Under the pieces are notes generated by a model, which did not search any database, was not told the DNA's origin, and was given only the letters and a program-made list of their open reading frames with translations. 43,701 nucleotides of DNA from Psammoneis japonica. Taxonomy: Eukaryota. The DNA is taken from positions 1-43,701 of the forward strand of contig QPGO01000355.1 in assembly GCA_008632985.1 (NCBI GenBank). The letters run 5' to 3'. Of the stretch, positions 13,119 through 25,709 are shown one piece after another. The position numbers and the translations under genes were made by a program. The stretch's first letter is position 1, and every line of letters begins with the position of its first letter.

Positions 13119-13623
13119 ACAGGATGAGATGGATCTCTGCTGAACAACATTTGCAGATGGAGACAGCGGGTCTGAGTCAGCAAAATCTTTGTTGGGTTGA
13201 CCAAACTCCTGCTGTGCTTGAAACATCTTGCACACGCCTCACACACATGTTGCACACATCTTGCAAATCTGACACACACATTTTGCACACATCTCAAACA
13301 CACACACACACCTCACACAATGTTGGCCAACATCTCATGTGCACATCTCACAAACACCCCACACACATCTTGTGCACATGTTTCAAACATTTGCGCACAT
13401 CTTGCGCACACATTGCAAACAACTCACAAACACTTTGCACACATCTCACACACATTCTGTGCACATCTTTTGAACACATCTTTCAAACATTTTGCACATC
13501 TCACAAACATCTGTCGAACACCTTGCACACACATTGTGCACATCCCAAAAATGTCCTGCACACACCTTGTGCACATTGTGCAAACACATCATGTGCACTT
13601 TGTGCACGCATCTTTCAATTGCC

Positions 13624-15690
13624 TTTGCTGAAACACACATCATGTTTCAGCAAAATTTGCTGAAACACGCGTTTTGCTGAAACAGGTTTCAGCAAAATCT
13701 GCTGAAACATGAGTCCTGTTTGAGCAATTTTGCTGCAATGATTGTGGCGGCATTTTGTTCATGCTTGTCTGGGTGGTTGGCCAGTCAGAGTGTCCACTGG
13801 TGACAAGATCAGTTGCCGTGCAGACAACGTGCAGATGCAATGAAGGACAGCCGATCCAATCCATTTGAGCATGGATTTGGAGCGAGCTCAACGAGCCAGT
13901 TCCAGATCCGATCGCCAATGGTTTGGAGCTCCTGTCCATTGCACTTTTGGTTTCATGCACTGTCCCATGACAAAGCACACCACATGCCACATTGTGCAGC
14001 CAAGCTGCACTGACACCATGGGGAAATGAGCAAGGTGTCATGATTGCTGCTGTTGCTTTGACAGGGAAGCAAAAAATGTTCCAAACAAGGCACCAACAAT
14101 TGTTTGCAGCATCCAACAACAGCGTTCACTGCAAAAATTAGCTCTTCTTCTCTCTTTAAAAAAAAATCATTCCATTGTTCCTTTTCCATGTCCCGCATGG
14201 TGCGTTGTCGACGTTGAAAATCAGAGTGTCATTTTCTGCATCTGTCATGGGAAACTGGCAGAAACAAAATGACGCTGTCCACGCATGTGTGTTCCTCAGA
14301 TGCTGACAATTCCTTGGATGCTGACAACTGCATCTGCAGTGGAAATCAACCCAGTGATTGCAGACTTGCCGGTGTCAGCGCAGTGGTCGTGAGAGCCCTG
14401 CAGAAAAAAGTCAGCAAACACACTGCTTGTTGGCATGTCTGAGTGCAGCACAACAGCCAACAGCGCTGAGAAATCAAGTGCAGCCATCAAAACAAGCACT
14501 GTTTTACAGTGGTGTGACTGCACTCTCATCTTGATTGACGTTGTGGCCACTGATCTACAAATGATCAAGCCCCATGGTGGGAGATGTGGTGTTTTCCATT
14601 GTTCTGAGCATTGCATGAGATGCAACTTCAAAATGCCATGTCATGTGCCATGATGTCGCGTGGCTTCATGTGCAATGCATGGGGTGAACCTCAAGCAACC
14701 AGGAGGTGGTGGCTGCCCAATGCACCCCAAGTGACCCGGATGTTGGGATTCTTGATTTGCCAAAATCACGTCCATCATTGCACGCCCTCACCTGACAAAC
14801 ATTGAAAGCTGCTGCTGCAATGTTGACGACCACATGGCACTCTCAACAAGCACGACAATCATCTCAAATGTGCAACCCAATTGCATGATCAAATTGCACA
14901 CATTCAAATTGGTGCACTGGTGCATTCTTGCCTTTCTTGCATCTAAAACGGGTGCTGTGAGATGACACAAGCAACAAAACTTTTCATCACGGTGATTGGT
15001 GATCGGTGCACACATCTTGTGCTGGAGTCATGCAGAATCCTGCAGGCAAAGCAGTTGACAGCCGTCATTTTTCTGAAAAGTCTTGGTGGACGTGCGCTGT
15101 GTTGTTCGATGCCTGCTTCACCTCCACAGCCACAGAAGCAGCCCATGTCAATTGGCTTGAAATGACACAGCATCTGAACGAAAGATTCCGGCAGAATGAG
15201 GTGTGAAAGACCCCAAAAAGAGGAAAAACACTTTGCCACAGCAATTCTCTGTTGTGACAAGGCAACGTTGACCATGCAGTGATTAAAGCGCATCATCGCC
15301 ACACAGCATTGATGCAGCAGACTGGTTGAAATGTGGGCTGCTTGAACATTTTGCTTTTGCAGCAACTTGTTTGCTTCAAGCCTTGCCAAAGCACATTCAA
15401 AGGCACTGACTGCAGTGGCAAGTTTGTGCTTCAATGTGCCACGTGGTTGTGAGTGGAGTCAGTGCCAGCAACATGGGTGGCATTTTTTTTGTTCAGAAAC
15501 TGAGTCACTCATCAACACACAATTTTGCCTGTTGCATGTTTCAGCAAAATTTGCTGAAACATGGCATGTTTCAGCATTTGCTGAAACATGACAGGTTCAA
15601 CAGAATCTGCTGAAACATTTGGCAGGTTTCAGAAATTGCTGAAACGTGCATTTTTGGTGATGCACGACTCAGCTTTTGATGAAACATGCA
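13624..15690. mobile_element. Module D copy 2
   Basis: Collinear with 4701-6745. Palindromes at 13641-13669 (one mismatch) and 15535-15563. Has 21 bp that copy 1 lacks. Confidence 0.55.
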
Positions 15691-16483
15691 GCAAATGCAA
15701 GACTGAAGTGCAGTTTTTTAAGTCATGAATGTCAACAACACTTGCAGCCGGGGTTTGCTCATTTCCGTTGAAATTGTGTGATGTCGCACATTTCAGCAGA
15801 TTGCCCAGATGGCACTGCAAACACCCCACACATGTCAGGCACGCAACTCCTGCACATCTCAAACATGCCTCACACACACCACACAACTGCCCCACACAGG
15901 CCTGGCACACTTGCTGTGCACATCTTGCGCATGTGTTGCTCACATCTTTTGCACATGCCACGCACATCTTTCAAACATTTCATGCATGTGTTGTGCACAT
16001 TTTAAGCCCTGGGGTGCAACAAAACAGTTGGCAAACTGCCGCTTCAAATTGCCCACAACAACAGTGGGACTGCCATCACATGTGTTCATGATGGACACGT
16101 GTTTCATTGTTGGCTCTCCCCTCCAACTTGCAATTTCAGAATCATCTTTTCTGTCAGCAAGGATCAGCTCTGAAACAAAAACAGAGTGCAACAGAAGTGG
16201 CTCATTGCATGAGATGTTGACAAGTCTGGCTGAAGTGGCAGGTCTTTGACTCCAAGGTCAGCGTCAAGCAACATTCTTTTCTTGTTGTCCTCTTCTGCTG
16301 TTGGTGCTTGGCTGCCTCCACCCAATGGGGCTCCCCCTTCTTTAGAAGCTGAGTGTGAACCTCAATGATGCCAATCATCAAATTCTGCACTCCAACTTGC
16401 TCCGTGGCTTGCAATGGCCTCTGCCTCTTCACAAGACACAAATTGTCCATCACTCTCCAATTTGATTGCGTGCTCCAGCAAAC

Positions 16484-16930
16484 TGCAACACACAGCTGCC
16501 AACAAGAGTCAACGCATCACAGCGACGTGTTGCAGCCTTTAAATGTCACAAAGGGCGTGACAAAAATGACCTTTTGTCTGCACGCATGCTGCATCATGAA
16601 TTCACAGCGGAGTGGTGCATCGCAACCACTGGGCAGGAGGCCAGGGGTTCGAAACCCTGAGTGGGAGTTGTCTGCAGCAACGTTGATCACTGTCGAGCAC
16701 GTGAAACTCTGTGCAGTTCTGCATGTTCCTTCGCATGCACCCACACTGTTCTGCCAAAACCATGCAGTGTCAGCACACATCAGCAAAGAGCCGCACGGGC
16801 GCGCGACACATGGGGAGGAGTGCAACACACAGCCACTGATGAGAGCCAATGTGTCACGGCGACGTGTTGCAGCCTTTAAATGTCACAAAGGGCGTGACAA
16901 AAACAACCTTTTGTCTGCACACATGCTGCA
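16484..16930 (+). mobile_element. TRIM (non-autonomous miniature LTR retrotransposon), 447 bp
   Basis: 110-bp LTRs at 16484-16593 and 16821-16930 with TG...CA termini. PPT GGGGAGGAG at 16812-16820. 4-bp TSD AAAC at 16480-16483 and 16931-16934. The empty site CCAGCAAACGGGGC is present in paralogous module C copies (~7530, ~28372). Confidence 0.95.
16598..16666 (+). promoter_or_regulatory. tRNA-derived sequence / Pol III internal promoter (A and B boxes) inside the TRIM
   Basis: A-box-like CAGCGGAGTGG at 16605-16615 (fits TRGCNNARYGG except first base C) with a D-stem-like GCGG/TCGC pairing. B box GGTTCGAAACCC at 16646-16657. No complete anticodon arm, so not a tRNA gene. Confidence 0.7.
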
Positions 16931-19900
16931 AAACGGGGCAATTCTTGGATGATGTGGTCTGCCGCTTTTTTGCTGAAGGCATCACAATTTCTTTTGCACC
17001 AGAAAAGTCTGGTTTCAGAATCTCCTGAGAGGACCAGGTCTTGCTGCTCTGAATGAGTGGGCTGTCTTTGTCACAGATCTTGTGTTTCTTTGACTCGTCA
17101 ATCAAAGTCTCCACAATTGCATGGAGAACAGACTGTTTGCATCCAATTTTTCACTGCAACTCTTGTGCCCAAGGTTTTCAAAATGTGCAGTCAAGTGGCA
17201 GCACTTTGAAAAGCATCTGAAATCAATTCCATCTTTGACGAGTTGTTTTGCACTCATCACAGACACATCTTTTGAATGTTTCACACATCTCGCAAACAGC
17301 TTGCAAGCACCTCACGCACACATTGCACACATCTCACAAGTGCCAATGCACACACCTTGTGCACATTTTGCAAACACCTCTTGCACACCTTGCACACATC
17401 TTTCAAACTTTTTTGTGTGCATCTTGCGCACATCTCACAAAACCCTCAAATGCGCCACTTCACACACATCTTGCACACATCTCAAAAACATCTCACACAC
17501 ATCATGAGCACATCTTGTGCGCACCTTGCAAACACCTCCAAAACAGATTGCGATGTGTTCCAGCTGCACATGAACCAAATCGTGCACAAAAACTGCATTT
17601 GCACAATTTTTGTGCAATCCCCAACTTGCGATCGATCTTTCACCACCAAAAGCATGGATTTGTGCAAATGCAAATGTTTTGCAACACTGACAACACTCGT
17701 GTGAGTGCTGCAATGTCATTGTCACTGTGCTGTCTGTGTTTTTCATTGCGTTGAAAGATTGGCAACACAGCGGATGATTTTCGGCAAAAATGTTGCCATC
17801 ACTTGGATGTCACCTGAGTGTGTCTTTCTTCGATGCCACTTGGCAGGTTTTCCACCTGCAAAGAAATCTCAGCAAAAACACACTGACGTGCAATCAGCGT
17901 TGAGTCTGCTGAGGAAGTTTGTGATGCACACCCCACAAAAAACTGTTCAAATGTTCACACTCTGGACACCCACAGAAGCCAATCCGCTTGAGCGTTTTGT
18001 GTGAAAATGCTCCATGCACTTGAAGACACACAATTTGTGTTCAAAGTCGATTGTCGTTTTGTGCGTCATCTGGGGCTGGAGCACGTCTTGCACACATTTT
18101 GCACACATTTGGCAAACATCTTACAAACACCTCACACACAGGCACCACACACATCTTGCAAACACCTCTCACACACATTGTGCACACATCACAAATGCCT
18201 TGCAAACATTTTGCAAACACCTTGCACACATCATTTCAAACTTTTTGCACCCACAAGTCAAACATTTTGCACAGAGCTTGCACACACATCTTGCAAACAC
18301 ATGACACACATTTCACACACATCTGGCAAACATCTCACAAACACATCACGCGCACACTGCACACCACATGCACACATCCTGCGCACCTCACATGTGTGCC
18401 CTGCAAATTGCTTGCACACACATCTTGCAAACACACCACACAAGTCAGCCACACAGCTCCTGCACATCTCCAGTGCCTCAGACATGCACAAGGTGTTTGT
18501 GAGATGTGTGTCTGGTGTGTGTGGAGCATGAGTGAGGTGATTTGTCAAAGCAAGAGCCGCCTGCAAAACAGTTGTGGAACAAACTTTGTTGGCACGTTTT
18601 GCAGTCATTGTGCTTGTGCTCAGCTTTCCAGGAGCTTTCTCATGCAAAGTGCATCCAACCCCACATTTGCAGCCACATTCTCCAGTGTGAACCCCGGCGC
18701 TCATCAGCATCTCAACAATGTTTGATGGCACGACACTCTTGCACCATGAGAGTCTTTTGAGGGCCAAAGAGTGTGCACAAAGCTGAGCAAACAGGGACAG
18801 GATGAGATGGATCTCTGCTGAACACCTTTTTGCAGATGGAGACAGCAAGAACCTTTCATGATCAAACCTTCTGAGTCAGCAAAATCTTTGTTGGGTTGAC
18901 CAAACTCCTGCTGTGCTTGAAACATCTTGCACACACCTCACACACAGGTTGCACACATCTTTCAAATGTTTTGTGCACATCTTGCAAATCTGACACACAC
19001 ATTTTGCATGCATCTCAAAAACACACACCTCACACAATGTCGGCCAACATCTCACACACATCTCACAAACACCCCACACACATCTTGCGCACATGTTTCA
19101 AACATTTGCACACATCTTGCACACACACTGCAAACACCTCACAAACACTTTGCACACATCTCACACACATTCTGTGCACATCTTGTGCACACATCTTTCA
19201 AACATTTTGCACATCTCACAAACATCTGTCAAACACCTTGCACACACATTGTGCACATCTCACAAATGTCCTGCACACACCTTGCGCACATTGTGCAAAC
19301 ACATCACGTGCATTTTGTGCGCGCATCTTTCAATTGTCCCTCACAAACCTTTCAGTGCAACAGGAGCAGCTCATTTCGAGAGACTTTGACAATGCCAGCT
19401 GAAGCAGCGGGTCTTTGACTCCAATGTCAATGTCCAGCAACATTCTTTTCTTGTTGTCCTCTTCCGCTGTTGGTGCTTGGTTGCCTCCACCCAATGGGGC
19501 GCCCCTTCTTTAGAAGCTGAATGTGCACCTTGATGATGCCAATCATCAAATTCTGCACTCCAACTTGCTCCACGGCTTGCAATGGTCTCTGCCTCTTCAC
19601 AAGACACAAGTTGTCTGTTGCTCTCCAATTTGATTGTGTGTTCCAGCAAACGGAGCAATTCGTGGATGACACGGTCTGCCACTTTTGCTGATGGCGTTGC
19701 AGTTTCTTTTGCACCAGAAAAGTCTGGTTTCAGAATCTCCTGAGACCAGTTCTTGCTGCTCTGAATGAGCGGGCTGTCTTTGTCACAGATCTTGTGTTTC
19801 TTTGACTTGCCAATCAAAGTCTCCACAATGACGCAGAGAATGGACTGTTTGCATCCCATGTTTTCACTGCAACTCTTGTGTCCAAGGTTGTCAAAATGTG

Positions 19901-22892
19901 CAGTCAAGTGGCAGCACTTTGAAAAGCATCTGAAATCAATTCCATCTTTGACGAGTTGTTGCACTCATCATTGACACATCTTTTGAATGTTTCGCACAGC
20001 TCGCAAACAACTCACACACACATTGCACACATCTCACAAGCGCCAATGCACACACCTTGTGCACATTTTGCAAACACCTCAAATGTGACACTTCACACAC
20101 ATCTTGCACACATCTCAAAAACATCTCACACACATCATGAGCACATCTCGTGCACACCTTGTGAACACCTCAAGAACAGATTGCACACACTTTGCACACA
20201 TTTGGCAAACATCTCACAAACACCTCCTCACGCACAGGCACCACACACATCTTGCAAACACCTCTCACACACATTGTGTGCACATCACAAATGCCTTGCA
20301 CACATTTTGCAAACACCTTGCACACATCATTTCAAACATTTTGCACCCACAAGTCAAACATTTTGCACAAAGCTTGCACACACATCTTGCAAACACATGG
20401 CACACATTTCACACACATCTGGCAAACATCTCACAAACACCTCGCACAAACACTGCCCACCACATGCACACATCCTGTGCACCTCGCATGTGTGCCCTGC
20501 AAATTGCTTTCACACACATTTTGCCAAGACACCACACAAGTCAGCCACACAGCTCTTGCACATCTCCAGTGCCTCAGACATGCACAAGGTGTTTGTGAGA
20601 TGTGTGTCCCGGTGTGTGTGGAGCATGAGTGAGGTGATTTGTCAAAGCAAGAGCCACCTGCAAAAGAGTGGTGGCACAAACTTTGTTGGCACGTTTTGCA
20701 GTCGTTGTGCTTGTGCTCAGCTTTCCAGGAGCCCCCTCATGCAAAGTGCATCCAACCCCCACATTTGCAGTCACATTGTCCAGTGTGAACCCCGGCACTC
20801 ATCAGCATCTCAACAACATTTGATGGCATGACACTCTTGCACCACGAGAGTCTTTTGAGGGCCAAAGAGTGTGCACAAAGCTGGGCAAATGGGGACAGGA
20901 TGAGATGGATCTCTGCTGAACAACTTTTGCAGATGGAAACAGCAAGCCCTTTTCATGATCAAACCTTCTGAGTCAGCAAAATCTTTGTTGGGTTTTCCAA
21001 ACTCCTGCTGTGCTTGAAACATCTTGCACACACCTCGCACACATGTTGCGCACATCTTTCAAATGTTTTGTGCACATCTTGCACACATCTTGCAAATCTG
21101 ACACACACAATTTGCACACATCTTAAACACACACACCTCGCACAATGTTGGCCAACATCTCACGCACATCTCACAAACACCCCACACACATCTTGCACAC
21201 ATGTTTCAAACATTTGCGCGCATCTTGCGCACACACCACAAACACCTCACAAACACTTTGCACACATCTCACACACATTCTGTGCACATCCAGTGCACAC
21301 ATCTTTCAAACATTTTGCACATCTCACAAACATCTGTCAAACACCTTGCACACACATTGTGCACATCTCACAAATGTCCTGCACACACCTTGCACACATT
21401 GTGCAAACACATCATGTGCATTTTGTGCGTGCATCTTTCAACTCCCCCTCATGAACCTTTCAAACAATTTGTGCACATCTTGCAAACACCTTGCACACAT
21501 CTTGCAAATCTGACGTGCACATTTTGCACACATCTCAAACACACACACACACACACACCTCACACAATGTTGGCCCACATCTCACACACATCTCACAAAC
21601 AACCCACACACATCTTGAACACATGCTTCAAACATCAGCACACATCGTGCGCACACATTGCAAACACCTCACAAACACTTTGCACACATCTCACACACAC
21701 TCTGTGCACATCTTGTGCACACATCTTTCAAACATTTTGCACATCTCACAAACATCTGTCAAACACCTTGCACACACATTGTGCACACTTCACAAATGTC
21801 CTGCACACAACTTGTGCACATTGCCTCACACACACCACACAAATGCCCCACACAGGTCTGGCACACATGTTGTGCACACCTTGCACATGTGTTGCTCACA
21901 TCTTCAGCACATGCCATGCACATCTTTCAAACATTTCGTGAACGTGCCACGCACATTTTGCAAATGCCTTGCACACATCTCACGCGCATCTCACACACAT
22001 CATCCAAACAATTTGTGCACATCTCTCGCACATTTCTCAAACATCTTGCACACACCTCACATGCACATTTTGCACACATCTCACAAACACCTCACACACA
22101 ATGTGCTTGCACATGGCTTGCATTCATTTTGCTGGTGTCACACACACACCTTGCCAGCACCTCACTCACATCTTGCACACATCTCATCCACATCTTTCAA
22201 ACATTTTTTGCGCACCTTGCAAACACCTCATCTTGCAAGTGACTTGCACACATCTCACAAACACATCATAAAAAGATCACACACACCACACACAAATCTC
22301 ACTAAAAATTTGCAAACATCTTGCACACATGTGTCCCACAATTTTTTGGAAGATCGCACAAACAAAACATGTGATGGATGATGAAATGCAATTGCATCAC
22401 ACGTTGCACTGCAAGCTCTCACCTGGAGCTGGAAAGCATCCAGTGCAGGTCCCAAGACTGCCTCTGTCATGCTCCAGAAGCACTGCAGTTTGTCTGGCTC
22501 AGCACACCATGGCATGCTGCCAGTGCACAACATGCCCTGCTTGGCTGGACTTGTGTTGAAAGACAAACAAAATGCTGTGCCATGATGCTCTCAGCAGCTT
22601 CTTTTGTTGTTGAGAAAATCAATGATGATGAGAGCATGTTTCAAGCACAACAGGAGTTCTTGGGTCAACCCAACAAAGGCTCTTGCAAACACACCACACA
22701 AGTCAGCCACACACAGATCCTGCACATCTCCAGTGCCTCAGACATGCACGAGGTGTTTGTGAGGTGTGTGTCTGGTGTGTGTGGAGCATGAGTGAGGTGA
22801 TTTGGCAAAGCAAGAGCTGCCTGCAAAAGAGTTGTGGCACAAACTCTGTTGGCGTGTTTTGCAGTCATTGTGCTTGTGCTCAGCTTTGCAGG

Positions 22893-23339
22893 TGCAGCAT
22901 GCATGCAGACAAAAGGTTGTTTTTGTCATGCCCTTTGTGACATTTAAAGGCTGCAACACGTCACCGTGATGCATTGACTCTCATTGGCAGCTGCGTGTTG
23001 CACTCCTCCCCATGCACCACGCGTCCATGCGGCTCTTTGCCAACATGCACTGACACTGCACGGTTTTGGTGGAACAGTGTGGGCATGCACGAAGGAACAC
23101 ACAGAACTGCACAGAGTTTTGCGCATTCGACAGTGATCAACGTTGCTGCAGACAACTCCCACTCAGGGTTTCGAACCCCTGGCCTCCTGCCCAATGGCTG
23201 CGATGAACCACTCCGCTGTGAATTCACAGTGCAGCATGCACGCAGACAAAAGGTTGTTTTTGTCATGCCCTTTGTGACATTCAAAGGCTGTGGCACATCA
23301 CTGTGATGCATTGACTCTTGTCAGCAGCTGCATGTTGCA
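22893..23339 (-). mobile_element. TRIM copy 2, 447 bp, independent insertion in the opposite orientation
   Basis: LTRs at 23230-23339 (5') and 22893-23002 (3'). PPT complement CTCCTCCCC at 23003-23011. 4-bp TSD CAGG at 22889-22892 and 23340-23343. Empty site AGCTTTGCAGGAGC at ~11271-11284. Confidence 0.95.
23157..23225 (-). promoter_or_regulatory. tRNA-derived A/B-box sequence inside TRIM copy 2
   Basis: Reverse complement reads CAGCGGAGTGGTTCATCGC...CAGGGGTTCGAAACCCTG. Confidence 0.7.
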
Positions 23340-23502
23340 CAGGAGCTTTCTCATGCAAAGTGTGTCCAACCCCACATTTGCAGACACATTCTCCAGTGTG
23401 AACCCCGGTGCCCATCAGCATCTCAACAACATTTGATGGCATGGCACTTTTGCACCATGTGAGTGCCTTTTGAGGGCCAAAGAGTGTGCACAAAGCTGAG
23501 CA

Positions 23503-25179
23503 CATGGAAGGACGCCGACTGTGGGTTGCCCCATGTCTTGCACCTTGACCTCCTTCACTCAACATTGGAGGTCATTCTGGGGTGGGTGCAGAGCTGAGGT
23601 TGGGAGGAGAGGTGGGTGCTTGACCTTCTCTGTTCCGTCAATGCCAAAAGTGCCCAGCTCCACAGGAGCAGCTTCTCACACAGCTGCTTCACTTGTGCGC
23701 AAAGCCTTTTCTTCCTGGATCTTCTGCAATTTTGCGGCAGTTGCCCGCCAATGACACCTGCGTGTGTTTCTGTGTGCGCTCCCGCGCTGATGTTGCCCTT
23801 CTCAGACGGCATTTCGCTGGGTCTCCCAAGACCATTCTGGCCATTTCAGCCAATGGCATGCCCTCATTTCAGCATGACAAGCAATGTTTCTAAGTGGAAA
23901 ATGACCCTGACCCCTGGCATCGACTCCTTGTGGTTCGCATGCTCGTTGATTTTTTTGCAATTTTCTGCAGACTCAAGAAATTGCCCACACGGATCACAGC
24001 ACAAATTCCACACCACGCGACAGCAACAACCACTGACGACTGCTGCGTCAATGCTCCAAACTGCTTGCGCCAATGCCCGTCAGTCCTCAACAACCTTCTT
24101 TGTCCCTGTCTGCCAATCAAGTGCTTTGCTGCATTTGGCGAAAGCACCTCTCCTCTGTTGCAGCACTGACGAGCATGAAAGTGAGTCTCCCTTTGGCGCT
24201 GAGCGATGATTGTCCTTTTGCTGTGGATCACAGCACAAACTCCACATGTGACAGCAACAACCACTGATGACTGCTGCATCAATGCTCCAAACTGCTTGCG
24301 CCAATGCCCGTCAGTCCTCAACAACCTTCTTTGTCCCTGTCTGCCAATCAAGCGCTTCGCTGCATTTGGTTGAAGCACCTCTCCTCTGTTGCGGCACTGA
24401 CGAGCATCAAAGTGAGTCTCCCTTTGGCACTGAGCAATGACTGTCCTTTTGCTGCATGCATCGGCATGTCTGCACAAGATCCGGCATGGTTTCTGCATGG
24501 GACAATTGTTTTTTCAGATGACTGACAAGGTCTGTCAACAAGGCTTGTTGTTTCACATCTGCAAGTCCTGTGCTGCCTTGCTTCTGTCTGCTGGCTGATC
24601 AAGCTCACTGCTCTGAGTGGCAATCTTGCTGTTTTTGCTGCAGTTCCTCAAGGTGTGCAAACAATGAGATGCCTCATGATGCCAGTTGGTGTCTGTCACT
24701 CAAGCAAATTCCAAGGTCCCTTTTGGTTTCTGGCATGGCTCCCATCAAATTTTTTCCCAAAATCAACTGTCCTCTGTGGTCACAGTGGTGCTGATGTGTG
24801 CATCACCAGCAAGACTGCAGCAAACTCCATGTGTTTTGTTCTCTGTTTCAGCTGTTTCCGTTGGGCGTCTCCTCTGGGAGATGCCGTTTCAGGCTGGTTG
24901 CGCGCACTTCTGCCGCATCTCCAAGTGGGGTGCGCTGGAAGTGTGGGTCAGCCGGCACCGGCGTTGCTGGGAAAAGGTGCAATGGCACCCAAAACAGTTG
25001 ATTTGGGTTTTTTTCTGGATCTTCTGGCCTGTCTTCTGCAACTGCGGGTGTGTGTTGTTTTGTCCTCCGCTTCTTTCACATGCCAGCAATGGATCCCCAA
25101 ACATGCTCAATGCATGGGATTGAATGCACCATCCTTCCAAAAGCTCTTTGCACATGACTCACCACCCTGTGCACCCAAA
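23503..25179. repeat. Module E copy 2
   Basis: Collinear with 11441-13118 at an offset of ~12062. Confidence 0.85.
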
Positions 25180-25709
25180 ACAGGATGAGATGGATCTCTG
25201 CTGAACAACATTTGCAGATGGAGACAGCGGATCCTTTCCATGATCAAACCTTCTGAGTCAGCAAAATCTTTGTTGGGTTGACCAAACTCCTGCTGTGCTT
25301 GAAACATCTTGCACACGCCTCACACACATGCTGCGCACATCTTTCAAATGTTTTGTGCATGTCTTGCACACATCTTGCAAATCTGACACACACACACCTC
25401 ACACAATGTTGGCCAACATCTCATGTGCACATCTCACAAACACCCCACACACATCTTGTGCACATGTTTCAAACCTTTGCGCACATCTTGCGCACACATT
25501 GCAAACAACTCACAAACACTTTGCACACATCTCACACACATTCTGTGCACATCTTTTGAACACATCTTTCAAACATTTTGCACATCTCACAAACATCTGT
25601 CAAACACCTTGCACACACATTGTGCACATCCCAAAAATGTCCTGCACACACCTTGTGCACATTGTGCAAACACATCATGTGCACTTTGTGCGCGCATCTT
25701 TCAATTGCC

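Noticed and set aside
16598..16666. Functional tRNA gene
   Set aside because: The anticodon arm and acceptor stem are incomplete and it lies inside a TRIM, so it is reported only as tRNA-derived.
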